From Pseudobdellovibrionaceae bacterium (GTDB lineage: Bacteria > Bdellovibrionota_B > Oligoflexia > Oligoflexales > Bog-1112), in contig PASJ01000027.1 in the NCBI GenBank assembly GCA_002711925.1, positions 5,372-69,371 of the forward strand: a stretch of 64,000 nucleotides of DNA, in the 5' to 3' direction. The notes under the pieces are model-generated. The model searched no databases. It saw only the letters and a list, made by a program, of their open reading frames with translations, and had not been told where the DNA came from. Shown in pieces: positions 19,520 to 28,271 of the stretch; position 1 is the first letter of the stretch; every line of letters starts with the position of its first letter. Made by a program: the position numbers and the translations under genes.

Positions 19520-20494
19520 TTATTTGATTTCTACTTCAAGACTACTTGGCTTACTATCTCTTAATATATAAATTCGTATAAGATCTTCATTTTGAAAAGC
19601 TTCGTACAAAGAAAATCCATTATCTGCTGTTAAAGGAGTATCATTAATCTTAGTCACAATATCGTTATTTTTTATACCAGACTTGTCTAATAAAGACCCT
19701 TTTTTAATGGAAAAAAACTTAAATCCCTTAAAAACATCACCTTCTTGAACTGGTACCATTCTCGCAGACTGTAGGACGTTACCAAACCCATCTCCCAATT
19801 CTGACTCAACCCAAGAAGACTGAAGTAAAAATGACTTGGGACTTGTATCTTTATTTTGATTTATAGTTTTGCTTTGAAAAGCTTTTTTTGACGAAATCTG
19901 ATCTTCTTTAGATGTATAAATACACTCTTTTTTACCATTATTATTTAAAATCAAAACTTTTGGCTGAATCAATGCAACTTGAACACCTTCTTGACCCACT
20001 AAAAACTCGCCTTTTAAGTAAACATCCACATCTTCAACCCCCTTCTCCCGCACAACAGCCACTGTCTCTTTGCCTTCGCTAAAGAAAATTGTACCGACTA
20101 GTTTCAAAGGTAGTTTACTATCTTGGCAAGATGCATTTATATCGAAAACATCATCAAAAACTAAATCTTCCTCTTCAATTGTTTCATCTGGAAAGTTGCC
20201 CTCAAGGTTAAATATATTGCGATCTAATATTCCTTTTTTAATATCTCTAAAATTTATATTGCTCGAATCAACTTTGAACCTTTCAGCTTTTGTAACAATA
20301 GGATTAGAATTTGATATTGCGTCGATCAGGGTAGGTAATATAAAGGAAATAGCAACACCAGAAAGAATATAAGAGAAACTTAGCAAACCTATAATCAATG
20401 AAATTTTTTTAACTAATAAACTCAGAGAATTTTTTTCACCTGAATAAACTGATTTTAAAAACTTCCTAAATATCATTATAATTTTTTCTTGCAT
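19520..20494 (-). CDS. gspC: T2SS GspC-like protein, paralog 2 (TM + HR-like + PDZ-like)
   Basis: The start ATG at 20494 lies 1 nt after the TAG of the upstream paralog, so the ORF-track start at 20536 is over-extended. TM segment ISLIIGLLSFSYILSGVAISFIL. HR-like block LPLKLVGTIFFSEGKETVAVV. PDZ-like block GFKFFSIKKGSLLDKSGIKNNDIVTKIND. Confidence 0.6.
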   Translation of the reverse strand: MQEKIIMIFRKFLKSVYSGEKNSLSLLVKKISLIIGLLSFSYILSGVAISFILPTLIDAISNSNPIVTKAERFKVDSSNINFRDIKKGILDRNIFNLEGNFPDETIEEEDLVFDDVFDINASCQDSKLPLKLVGTIFFSEGKETVAVVREKGVEDVDVYLKGEFLVGQEGVQVALIQPKVLILNNNGKKECIYTSKEDQISSKKAFQSKTINQNKDTSPKSFLLQSSWVESELGDGFGNVLQSARMVPVQEGDVFKGFKFFSIKKGSLLDKSGIKNNDIVTKINDTPLTADNGFSLYEAFQNEDLIRIYILRDSKPSSLEVEIK

Positions 20495-20495
20495 G

Positions 20496-21470
20496 CTAGC
20501 GAACCTGAACATTAATAGTTTGCATTTTGCTGCCACGTTTTATTTGCATTTCAATGCTTGACTCATTTCTTAACGAGTTTAGCAATCTTATTGCTTGAGC
20601 GGTATCGACAAGTTGAACCCCATTTATCTCTCTAATGATATCATCATTTTGTAATCCAGACTTTTGATAAATAGAATCTTGACGGACTCGAACAAGCCTA
20701 AAACCCTTTAGCTCATTACCTTCAAAGTAAGGCTCAGCCTTGGCGTCTTGTAAAACTTTAGTAAAATCTGTTGTCAAAAGCTTTTGACGAAATTCTTGAG
20801 ACATGACTATTTCACTACCAACACGTTCAAAACCTTCTTCTTTATATGAGTCAGGGGGAGCATCTAAGGCAAAAGTGGGAAGATCAACCGTCTTCTTTTT
20901 TGCTTTACCCTTCTGTCGTTTTTGGGGCAACAAAAAAGGATCCAACTCCATAAATTCTTTGAACTTACCATTTTGAATAATAATTTTTTGCTGATGAACC
21001 TCTATCAAAAAAACGTCAGCACTTATTTCGTCTCCCACAAAAAAGCTATTTATCGACTTATCTTTACTTCTTTCAATAAGAGCAAGGCCTGATAATTTGT
21101 CTCCACCGTAAATAACTCCAACAAGTTTCATGGGGAGTTGCGACAGCAAAACTTCATCTATAGTTTCTTTATCTCTTTTTACTATAGTTTCAGTATCCCC
21201 TGTCTTTCCTTCTATATTAAAAATATTTCTTTCAATGATTTTTCCGATATCTCCATCGGATAAAGTAGCACCACCTCTTTCCAAGATCAAAGATGATTCA
21301 ACCTCTTTTCTTTTGTTTTTTTTACCAAAATCAGGTAATAAAATTTTGGAAAAATACAAGGAAACAGAAAAAGATAGAATAAAAGAAAAAATAGCTATAT
21401 ATGAAATATTTTTGTAAGGAAAATTTTTTAAGACTTGTAAAGCCTTAAAGTTAAATTCAGCAAAATTCAT
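20496..21470 (-). CDS. gspC: T2SS GspC-like protein, paralog 1 (TM + HR-like + PDZ-like)
   Basis: TM segment ISYIAIFSFILSFSVSLYF. HR-like block LPMKLVGVIYGGDKLSGLALI. PDZ-like block GFRLVRVRQDSIYQKSGLQNDDIIREING. It is the first gene of the gsp operon. Confidence 0.6.
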   Translation of the reverse strand: MNFAEFNFKALQVLKNFPYKNISYIAIFSFILSFSVSLYFSKILLPDFGKKNKRKEVESSLILERGGATLSDGDIGKIIERNIFNIEGKTGDTETIVKRDKETIDEVLLSQLPMKLVGVIYGGDKLSGLALIERSKDKSINSFFVGDEISADVFLIEVHQQKIIIQNGKFKEFMELDPFLLPQKRQKGKAKKKTVDLPTFALDAPPDSYKEEGFERVGSEIVMSQEFRQKLLTTDFTKVLQDAKAEPYFEGNELKGFRLVRVRQDSIYQKSGLQNDDIIREINGVQLVDTAQAIRLLNSLRNESSIEMQIKRGSKMQTINVQVR

Positions 21471-21524
21471 AGATCAGATCCCAGTAAAAGTAATTCTACC
21501 CAAGAAACGATACATTCAAGCTTA

Positions 21525-22127
21525 TCAAACTTTTAATAAAGACTGTATCCGTCTTGCACAATCATTAGGTGTCAAATAGTCTCCATTAACAAAGACTTCT
21601 GCCTTTTCATAAAACTCACGTCTTTCAAGCATAAGATCGTTTAATTTTTTTTCTAAATCTTGTGTCATTGTTGACAATCTTAGTTTTTTGCTTAAATCAG
21701 ACAACAAAGGTCTACTTACTATGCTCATCTCATTCTTCAAAAGACGCTTCACTATATGCTCAATAGAAATATCTAACCAAACAAGAACTCCAAGTTTATG
21801 AATTCGAGACCTATTCTTTTTATCTAGCAAGGCCCCTCCACCGAGAGAAATAACATGATTTTTAACTGACAACAGCTGCTCCAGCTTATCTGATTCAACT
21901 CTTCGAAAACTGTCTATACCATATTTTTTAACAAAGTCAGAAATTGATAATTTAACTTCTTTTTCAATCAATTGATCTAAATCAAGAAACCCCATTCGCA
22001 TCAGCTGCGCGACCTCGCGGCCCACTGTGGTTTTACCGCATCCAGTTAATCCAATAATGACAATATTAGGCAATAGGTTCTGATCTATAGTGCTGAGAGT
22101 CTCTTTATTATTTTGAACCTTTGACAT
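21525..22127 (-). CDS. aroK: shikimate kinase
   Basis: P-loop NIVIIGLTGCGKTTVGREVA followed by LDLDQLIE and SLGGGALL. The ATG at 22127 is preferred over the TTG at 22145. Confidence 0.85.
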   Translation of the reverse strand: MSKVQNNKETLSTIDQNLLPNIVIIGLTGCGKTTVGREVAQLMRMGFLDLDQLIEKEVKLSISDFVKKYGIDSFRRVESDKLEQLLSVKNHVISLGGGALLDKKNRSRIHKLGVLVWLDISIEHIVKRLLKNEMSIVSRPLLSDLSKKLRLSTMTQDLEKKLNDLMLERREFYEKAEVFVNGDYLTPNDCARRIQSLLKV

Positions 22128-22632
22128 TACTGACTCAAACCCCAAAAAAAAATAGAGGAACTTATGAAAAACATGAAGCTATTTTTAAAACAACTCCTAA
22201 AGATCAGTATATAGCATTTCCTTAGAACACAAAAGCTTGCCAAGCGATAAGTTCTATATTTTTTTTATAACATTATATTATGATTTAACTTTTTTAAATT
22301 TATACAAATTCAAGAAAAAAAAAAAGAGACCTGGGCCCAATCAACGACTCAAAAACCTAATCTACTAAGCTTACTGACAAAAATATCGAAAAAGGTTAAA
22401 TTGGAATACAAACTTTATAACGCATAAATTGCCTCATTTTTCAAATTGAGTAAAACCACACGAGAGATTAAAAAGGTGAGAATGAGTGAGTTACTAAATA
22501 GTTTATTATAATTTCTCCTCAAAAAAAATATTTCTATCAACGAAAACAGTGACAAGGTCAGCTTAAAAAAGTACCTTCAGACGCATCAAATTCACAATAA
22601 AAGTTTTGTTTGAACATACGTCCAAATATCAT

Positions 22633-24813
22633 TCACTTGCAAAATAAATTAGTTTTTTGATGAAAACCGTCCCACACAGGCCTATTTGCGCAACCAAGAA
22701 TCCGATACTCAAAGTTATTAGAGTTTAAAATTTGACAGTGGTTTAACAAACTAGAGGTAGCTGTAATAAGTTTGAATGCTTCAACTCGCTCAAAAAGATT
22801 TACTAGTTGCAAGTAATCTACATTGTAGAAAAAAGGAAGCACAAAAGTATGCTTAGATAAAAAAGAAGCAAATGACCCTGTAATATTCTGAAAATCAACA
22901 AACGGAAATAAGGGCAACGATAGGTTACTTTCTGAAAACACACGAGCTCCCAATTTTTTGTAACGAGATATTTCCTGATTTAAACTATCTAGAGAAAAAA
23001 GATTTTTTTGTTCATCGGAAAATACAGAAAAATAAGTATTACGTAATATTTTATATATTTCGCAAATATCTTGTTGGTCAGGTGATAAGAAAAAAATTGC
23101 TTGGGAAGAAAAGCAACCCGCTTGTCCAAGGGAAAAAGCATCTTTTACAGCTAGCTCGAGAGTCTTTGTGTCCGTCGCATCAATAATCGAGGTTGAAAAA
23201 ACTTGGCCAAAGCCTTTTAACTTATCACTAAAGTCCATATCAAATCTATTTATTGTGTCATTCGACCCATAACACAAAAGATAATCAAAAGGTGATAGGT
23301 CACTCTTATCTTTTATTCGATAAGAAGTATCAATCTTATTTATTTTGCAAGAAAGCAAAGTAGAAAGCCGATCAATAAAAATATCTACCGACGATCCTTG
23401 ATTAAATTGTTGCGGTAGACGAACTGATATGTTGGCACCACCTAAAAAACCAAGAATAAGTGGGTAATAAATAACAAAAGGGTGAGAGTCAGGAAGAATA
23501 AGTAACCAACGATCTCCAGCTGTTACTTTTGAATTTTCAATGGCTTTGATCCAATCATCTTCTTTTTGTGGAAGACTAAATAGAAGATCTTCTATGGCTA
23601 ATCTCATTAATTGCTTTGAACCAAGCTCTTTTGCTATAATATTTCGTACAGTATCATCAAAGAATTTTGTTTTTATGAAATAATCAACTTTCTTTATTGA
23701 AAATAAAATCGATTGATTCAAGTTATTTACTGTTGTTGATCTAGAAATATTTTGCTTAAGCTGTTTTTTATTTCTGTAGCTTTTATCTTTTTCAGCTAAC
23801 AACGAGCAACCTTTCGCTGGAGCTTTGATTAGCCTGCCTCTAATTTGAAAGGATCCGTTCTCCTGCAAACAGACAACATCTTCTGTTTTAATTGGCCATT
23901 TGTAGTCAATTCGATGAGGGTCATAAACGATTAAAGATCCTGTCCCCTTACTTTTTAAAACACGACTATCACGAGAGATAAACGGAGTCACCCAATACGG
24001 GAAACGAAAAAATCTTTTATCTAATGTTTCTGTAGAAGAAAAATCATATGCTTGGCACGCCAGTTCACACATGCCATATTCGCTAACAATATGATTTTCA
24101 TCAAGCCCGAAAGTTTCCCCTATCCTTTGATAAAGATCTGCTCTTTCCAGACACTTTTGTAAACCTTTCGTTCCACCTGTTTCAATGATAACACTACCCT
24201 TTGGAAGACTAAACCTAAGTCCCATTTCATGAAGATTTACATAATGAAAAGCTGTACCGAAGATCCATATAGGCTCAGAAACTTTTGACAAATTAGAACT
24301 TATATTTTTTTCATCAATAAACTTTACTGAATAAATCTGAGAAATCCAGTCGATCATCTTTGCTAAACTACTAAACTTCCAATTATCAACGGTAGGAATA
24401 AGACTAAAGCCAGAAATATCGCTTAAATGTTGGAAAGAAAAAAACTCACTGAGCATCGAAGAAAAAGATATTAATGCTTGATGCCGATAACTTAAGAGAC
24501 CTTGCTTAGAAAAGTATGACTTTGAACAAATATCAGAACTCGTACCACTTGATCGAAAAACATTTTCTTTGTTAAAGTTTGAAAGTGAATCGATTTTTTG
24601 AGGCTCACGAAAAAACTCTATTGGTAAGTATGTTAACCTTTTCTTATCTCCTATTCTCATAGAAGGGAGAAGTGAATTTTTATTGCAAATGATTTGTTCA
24701 GTCAAACTATTTCTACTTTGAGAAAATATAGTAGAGTCTATTTTTTCAGGAAAAGAAAAAGAATTCACTTTTTGATCAAATTCAAAAATTTCACTACTTT
24801 TTTCATTATACAT
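22633..24813 (-). CDS. fusion of LuxE-like acyl-protein synthetase (N-terminal half) and LuxC-like acyl-CoA reductase (C-terminal half)
   Basis: The N-terminal half carries adenylate-forming LuxE-family blocks: FRSSGTSSD..SKSYF, IIETGGTKG, VSEYGMCELACQAY and FQIRGRLIKAPAKGCSLL. The C-terminal half (~380 aa) has an aldehyde-dehydrogenase/LuxC-like Cys block, SLGQAGCFSSQAIFF. Confidence 0.55.
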   Translation of the reverse strand: MYNEKSSEIFEFDQKVNSFSFPEKIDSTIFSQSRNSLTEQIICNKNSLLPSMRIGDKKRLTYLPIEFFREPQKIDSLSNFNKENVFRSSGTSSDICSKSYFSKQGLLSYRHQALISFSSMLSEFFSFQHLSDISGFSLIPTVDNWKFSSLAKMIDWISQIYSVKFIDEKNISSNLSKVSEPIWIFGTAFHYVNLHEMGLRFSLPKGSVIIETGGTKGLQKCLERADLYQRIGETFGLDENHIVSEYGMCELACQAYDFSSTETLDKRFFRFPYWVTPFISRDSRVLKSKGTGSLIVYDPHRIDYKWPIKTEDVVCLQENGSFQIRGRLIKAPAKGCSLLAEKDKSYRNKKQLKQNISRSTTVNNLNQSILFSIKKVDYFIKTKFFDDTVRNIIAKELGSKQLMRLAIEDLLFSLPQKEDDWIKAIENSKVTAGDRWLLILPDSHPFVIYYPLILGFLGGANISVRLPQQFNQGSSVDIFIDRLSTLLSCKINKIDTSYRIKDKSDLSPFDYLLCYGSNDTINRFDMDFSDKLKGFGQVFSTSIIDATDTKTLELAVKDAFSLGQAGCFSSQAIFFLSPDQQDICEIYKILRNTYFSVFSDEQKNLFSLDSLNQEISRYKKLGARVFSESNLSLPLFPFVDFQNITGSFASFLSKHTFVLPFFYNVDYLQLVNLFERVEAFKLITATSSLLNHCQILNSNNFEYRILGCANRPVWDGFHQKTNLFCK

Positions 24814-24856
24814 AAAAGAGATCCTTGTAAGAAAAGATGATCAACAAATAATATTA

Positions 24857-25876
24857 TTATACTTTTTCAGCAAGAACATAAAATCTTCTTGGAGCTAAAT
24901 AACCTTCAACAGTTAATGAGTCGTTACCACTTAACAAAAAATCATTTAGACTTTTTATAGGTGCCCAAACAGAAGGTCTTTGCTCATCAGAGGACAACTT
25001 CTCATTGTAAAAACACTCAATTTTCTTAAACCCTGCTCTTGACAGCCAATGAAATAAAGCTGGAAGTGTCGGTAAATACCAAACTCCTTTCGCTCCAGCA
25101 TACCTTTTGCCAGGAAAAAAACAGCTAGATTCTTCACCTTCTATGCCCTGACAATCAATAATAACCTTTCCCCGTTTTTGAAGAGATTTATATATTATTG
25201 TTAGTATTTTATGAGGATCTGGGTGATGATATAAAATACCGAGACAGAAAACTGTATGAAAAAAATTATCAAATGCAACAAGGCTTTCCACGCCTAAAGG
25301 TTCAAAGTGTATAGAGGGTACTTGGGCAAAACTTTGTAAAAAAGAGAAAGTACACCAATGCTTAATCACTGGTTCAAATCCGATGACTAACTCAGGACAG
25401 CTTGCTGCCATACGGAAAAGAAAATACCCATTATTGCTTCCGATATCCGCTATTCTTTTACCCGATAAAGAGCCTATTGATTTTTCGATCCTCTGCCACT
25501 TTAAGTCTGAGCGCCACTCACTATCTAAAGGGGTATCAAAAAGAGTAAAAGGTCCTTTTTTCCATGGCTTTATAAATCTTAAAATGTACTGTAAGTCAAT
25601 AAGCTCACTATCGTTTAATTCATCTTTCTTACCAATTTCTACGACTGAAGAATCAATCAATATATGATTTGATTTAAAAGGCTTAATCTTGTGGAAAATA
25701 TTTAAGGAATTAAAAAAAGGTTGTAAACCTAGGTTTCTTTTAACTGCTAACCTCTCAAAGTTTATTCGATCGTAATTAACAGCTTTACGGTAATAAAAAA
25801 GATAGTCGTTCAACGTATCTAAGCTTAATAAATGATTGCAAAACGACGTACCTAGTTCTTCTTTTTTCAATACCAT
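24857..25876 (-). CDS. cmoB: tRNA U34 carboxymethyltransferase CmoB
   Basis: It is collinear with E. coli CmoB as I recall it. The matching blocks are KPWKKGPF (E. coli MPWRKGPF), DSEWRSDLKWQRI (E. coli DTEWRSDWKWDRV), LGILYHHPDP and TVEGYLAPRRFYVLAEK. SAM motif I is atypical: DIGSNNGY where DVGCGSGY is usual. Confidence 0.85.
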   Translation of the reverse strand: MVLKKEELGTSFCNHLLSLDTLNDYLFYYRKAVNYDRINFERLAVKRNLGLQPFFNSLNIFHKIKPFKSNHILIDSSVVEIGKKDELNDSELIDLQYILRFIKPWKKGPFTLFDTPLDSEWRSDLKWQRIEKSIGSLSGKRIADIGSNNGYFLFRMAASCPELVIGFEPVIKHWCTFSFLQSFAQVPSIHFEPLGVESLVAFDNFFHTVFCLGILYHHPDPHKILTIIYKSLQKRGKVIIDCQGIEGEESSCFFPGKRYAGAKGVWYLPTLPALFHWLSRAGFKKIECFYNEKLSSDEQRPSVWAPIKSLNDFLLSGNDSLTVEGYLAPRRFYVLAEKV

Positions 25877-26164
25877 TCCTACTGATTTTGGCTTTTATGA
25901 TGTTACAAAATAATAAGATTTTAGGTATATATCATCTTCCGCTAAATGTCAGCAAAGAATTATTTATTAAAATAACTTATAAAAGTAATAATCGCTGAGT
26001 TAAGTTTCATACGAAGAAACTGAAGACCAAAATACCCTTATATACAAACAAGAGCCCTAATTTAATTTTAAAAAATATTTTCTAACGAAATAATGACTAT
26101 GAAAAAATTAAGGTTTAAGTTAAATTACAAACTATAAAATTTATCTTTATTCAAAGAGGGAAAA

Positions 26165-26566
26165 ATGGAAAATATCACAAACAAAATTGTGATAAAAAAA
26201 TCTTCGATTAAAAATGCAGGTAAAGGAATCTTTACAAAAGAGAAACTAAAAGCTAAGCTTAAAATTGGCCAATATAAAGGAAGATTGATTTCAAAGAAAA
26301 TTTACAATACCCTAAGCGACACTCGTTATACGTTTGAACTATCTAAAAAAATTGGTAAAAGTTATAAACTTTTTTATATTGATGCTCAGAATAAAAAAGA
26401 AAGTAATTGGCTACGATATATTAATGGAGCTAAAACCAAGCATCAAAAAAAAATGATTAACATCGAAGCCTATCAGTATAACGAAAAAATATTCTACAGA
26501 ACAACAAAGGAAATCAAAGCAGGAGCAGAGCTAATCATTGACTATGGAGATAGTTACTGGTTATGA
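26165..26566 (+). CDS. minimal SET-domain protein (putative protein-lysine methyltransferase)
   Basis: SET signature blocks are present: SSIKNAGKGIFTKEKLKAKLKIGQYKG, YTFEL, NWLRYINGA and the C-terminal GAELIIDYGDSYW. It is 133 aa, a lone plus-strand gene between minus-strand genes, and is flanked by long AT-rich spacers. Confidence 0.75.
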   Translation: MENITNKIVIKKSSIKNAGKGIFTKEKLKAKLKIGQYKGRLISKKIYNTLSDTRYTFELSKKIGKSYKLFYIDAQNKKESNWLRYINGAKTKHQKKMINIEAYQYNEKIFYRTTKEIKAGAELIIDYGDSYWL

Positions 26567-26840
26567 AAAATTCAAATATTACAAACTGAAAAGGCATGTT
26601 TCAACTCTTATTGATCAGGAGATAGATTTGAATAATTATGAGATACTAACACTAGTGATTGGCTGCTTCTTATTTTTTTCAGGTTGTATAGGATATTGGA
26701 AATTTAGTAAATCTTTTCAAAAAAGAAAAACTGATAATTCATAAAAATTAGTTTTTTAGAATGATAAACCCACATACTTGAATCTTATTTGAATATGGAT
26801 TTACTATCAGTAAAAATTGAGAATAATTTGAACGTAAAAT

Positions 26841-28229
26841 TTAGAAAAGAAGCTTAGCATTTAAAGCTATTTTACTGCAGCTTTCAACTTTCACACTAAC
26901 TTTTTGCCCCACTAAACAAAAAGAAGAAAAAACTCGAATCAATCGAAAATGCTCATTTCTTCCATAGTAAATATTTTCTTCTTTCTTACTTTTATAAAGA
27001 AAAAGAACGGTCATTGTTAGACCAAGAGATTTTTTATTTTCTTCTATAGTGATCTCGTTAAGTAGTGCGTTTAAACGATTAAGTCTAGCACTTTTAACTT
27101 CCTCAGGTATTTGATCTTTAAATCTTGTCGCAGGTGTATTCTTCCTTTGAGAGTATTTAAAGGCAAACGCAAATGAAAACCTCGTCCACCGCACAAGCTC
27201 CATAGTAGCTTCAAAGTCTTCTTCCGTCTCTCCAGGAAAGCCAACAATGATATCAGTTGAGACAGCTATATCAGGCACAAATTCTTTTAACCATGTTATT
27301 CTTTGCTTAAATTGTGCGACCGTAACTTTTCGTTTCATTGCTAGTAAAACTTGATCACTGCCACTTTGTACAGGTAAGTGAAGATACTTTCCCAAAACCT
27401 TTTTTTCACCAAAAAGCTTTGCAAGTGGAAAGGTAAAATCATGCGGGTTTGAGGTTGTAAAACGTAAGCTTTGAAGTCCATCAATTTCGCTTACTTGACG
27501 AAGCAATCGAACAAAAGGTGTTTCTTCAGACTCTTCTAAAGAGCCATCGGGAGTCAAATCAAGTCCGTAACTATTGACATTTTGACCTAACAAGGTAATT
27601 TCTTTCGCTCCTCTACGAATAAATGCCTTACTTTGCTCAATAATTGAATGGGGCGAAAGAGAAATTTCTCGTCCTCTGGTAAAAGGGACCACACAAAACG
27701 TGCAGTAATTATTACAACCTTGTTGAATGGTAACAAACCTACTAACTTCATTTTTACCGTTTAAGGGAGCATTTGAACGGACAGTTGTTTGGTTATTTGA
27801 TTCTAAGCTTTGAACTTCTTTTTTCTGATTTAGTTTTGGAAACCCTACTGCTAAAGATTGTTTTCGAGTCTCTTTAAAATCACTTAAAAGACGCGGCAAC
27901 TCTTCCAGTCGCCCCGGCCCCAAAAGGATATCTATAGTCTGGTTTTGTGCTAGCAGTTTTTTTCCTTCAGCTTGAGCAACACAACCTGCGACAACAACAA
28001 TAAGGTTTTTGTTTTTCATTTTTTGTTCAGCCAGAACACCTAAACGCGAAACGACTTTGTGACGAGCTTTTTCTCTGATATGACAGGTATTAAGAACAAT
28101 GAGATCAGCTTCGTTAGCATTTGAAATCAAATGATATTCTTTTTCAAGACCTGTTGCCATAGACTCGCTATCAGCAACATTCATTTGACAACCCCAAGTT
28201 TCAATACTTAATTTTTTTTTCATATTCAT
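26841..28229 (-). CDS. miaB: tRNA-i6A37 methylthiotransferase MiaB
   Basis: UPF0004 N-terminus SIETWGCQMNVADSE...LNTCHIREKA. Radical-SAM cluster motif QQGCNNYCTFCVVP. TRAM-like C-terminus. Confidence 0.9.
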   Translation of the reverse strand: MNMKKKLSIETWGCQMNVADSESMATGLEKEYHLISNANEADLIVLNTCHIREKARHKVVSRLGVLAEQKMKNKNLIVVVAGCVAQAEGKKLLAQNQTIDILLGPGRLEELPRLLSDFKETRKQSLAVGFPKLNQKKEVQSLESNNQTTVRSNAPLNGKNEVSRFVTIQQGCNNYCTFCVVPFTRGREISLSPHSIIEQSKAFIRRGAKEITLLGQNVNSYGLDLTPDGSLEESEETPFVRLLRQVSEIDGLQSLRFTTSNPHDFTFPLAKLFGEKKVLGKYLHLPVQSGSDQVLLAMKRKVTVAQFKQRITWLKEFVPDIAVSTDIIVGFPGETEEDFEATMELVRWTRFSFAFAFKYSQRKNTPATRFKDQIPEEVKSARLNRLNALLNEITIEENKKSLGLTMTVLFLYKSKKEENIYYGRNEHFRLIRVFSSFCLVGQKVSVKVESCSKIALNAKLLF

Positions 28230-28271
28230 CTTTACACACACATATATCAGTTAGCTAAATGTTCGTAAGGT

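Noticed and set aside
21525-22145. The aroK adjacency to a secretin operon as an echo of the pilMNOPQ-aroK-aroB synteny of type IV pilus loci
   Set aside because: Here aroK lies upstream of gspC rather than downstream of the secretin, and aroB is absent. This is probably coincidence, so I mention it only as context.
26538-26744. 68-aa ORF overlapping the 3' end of the SET gene, with one hydrophobic segment
   Set aside because: It overlaps the SET gene by 29 nt in another frame. It has no SD sequence and no motif. It could be a real small membrane protein, but the evidence is too thin to call.
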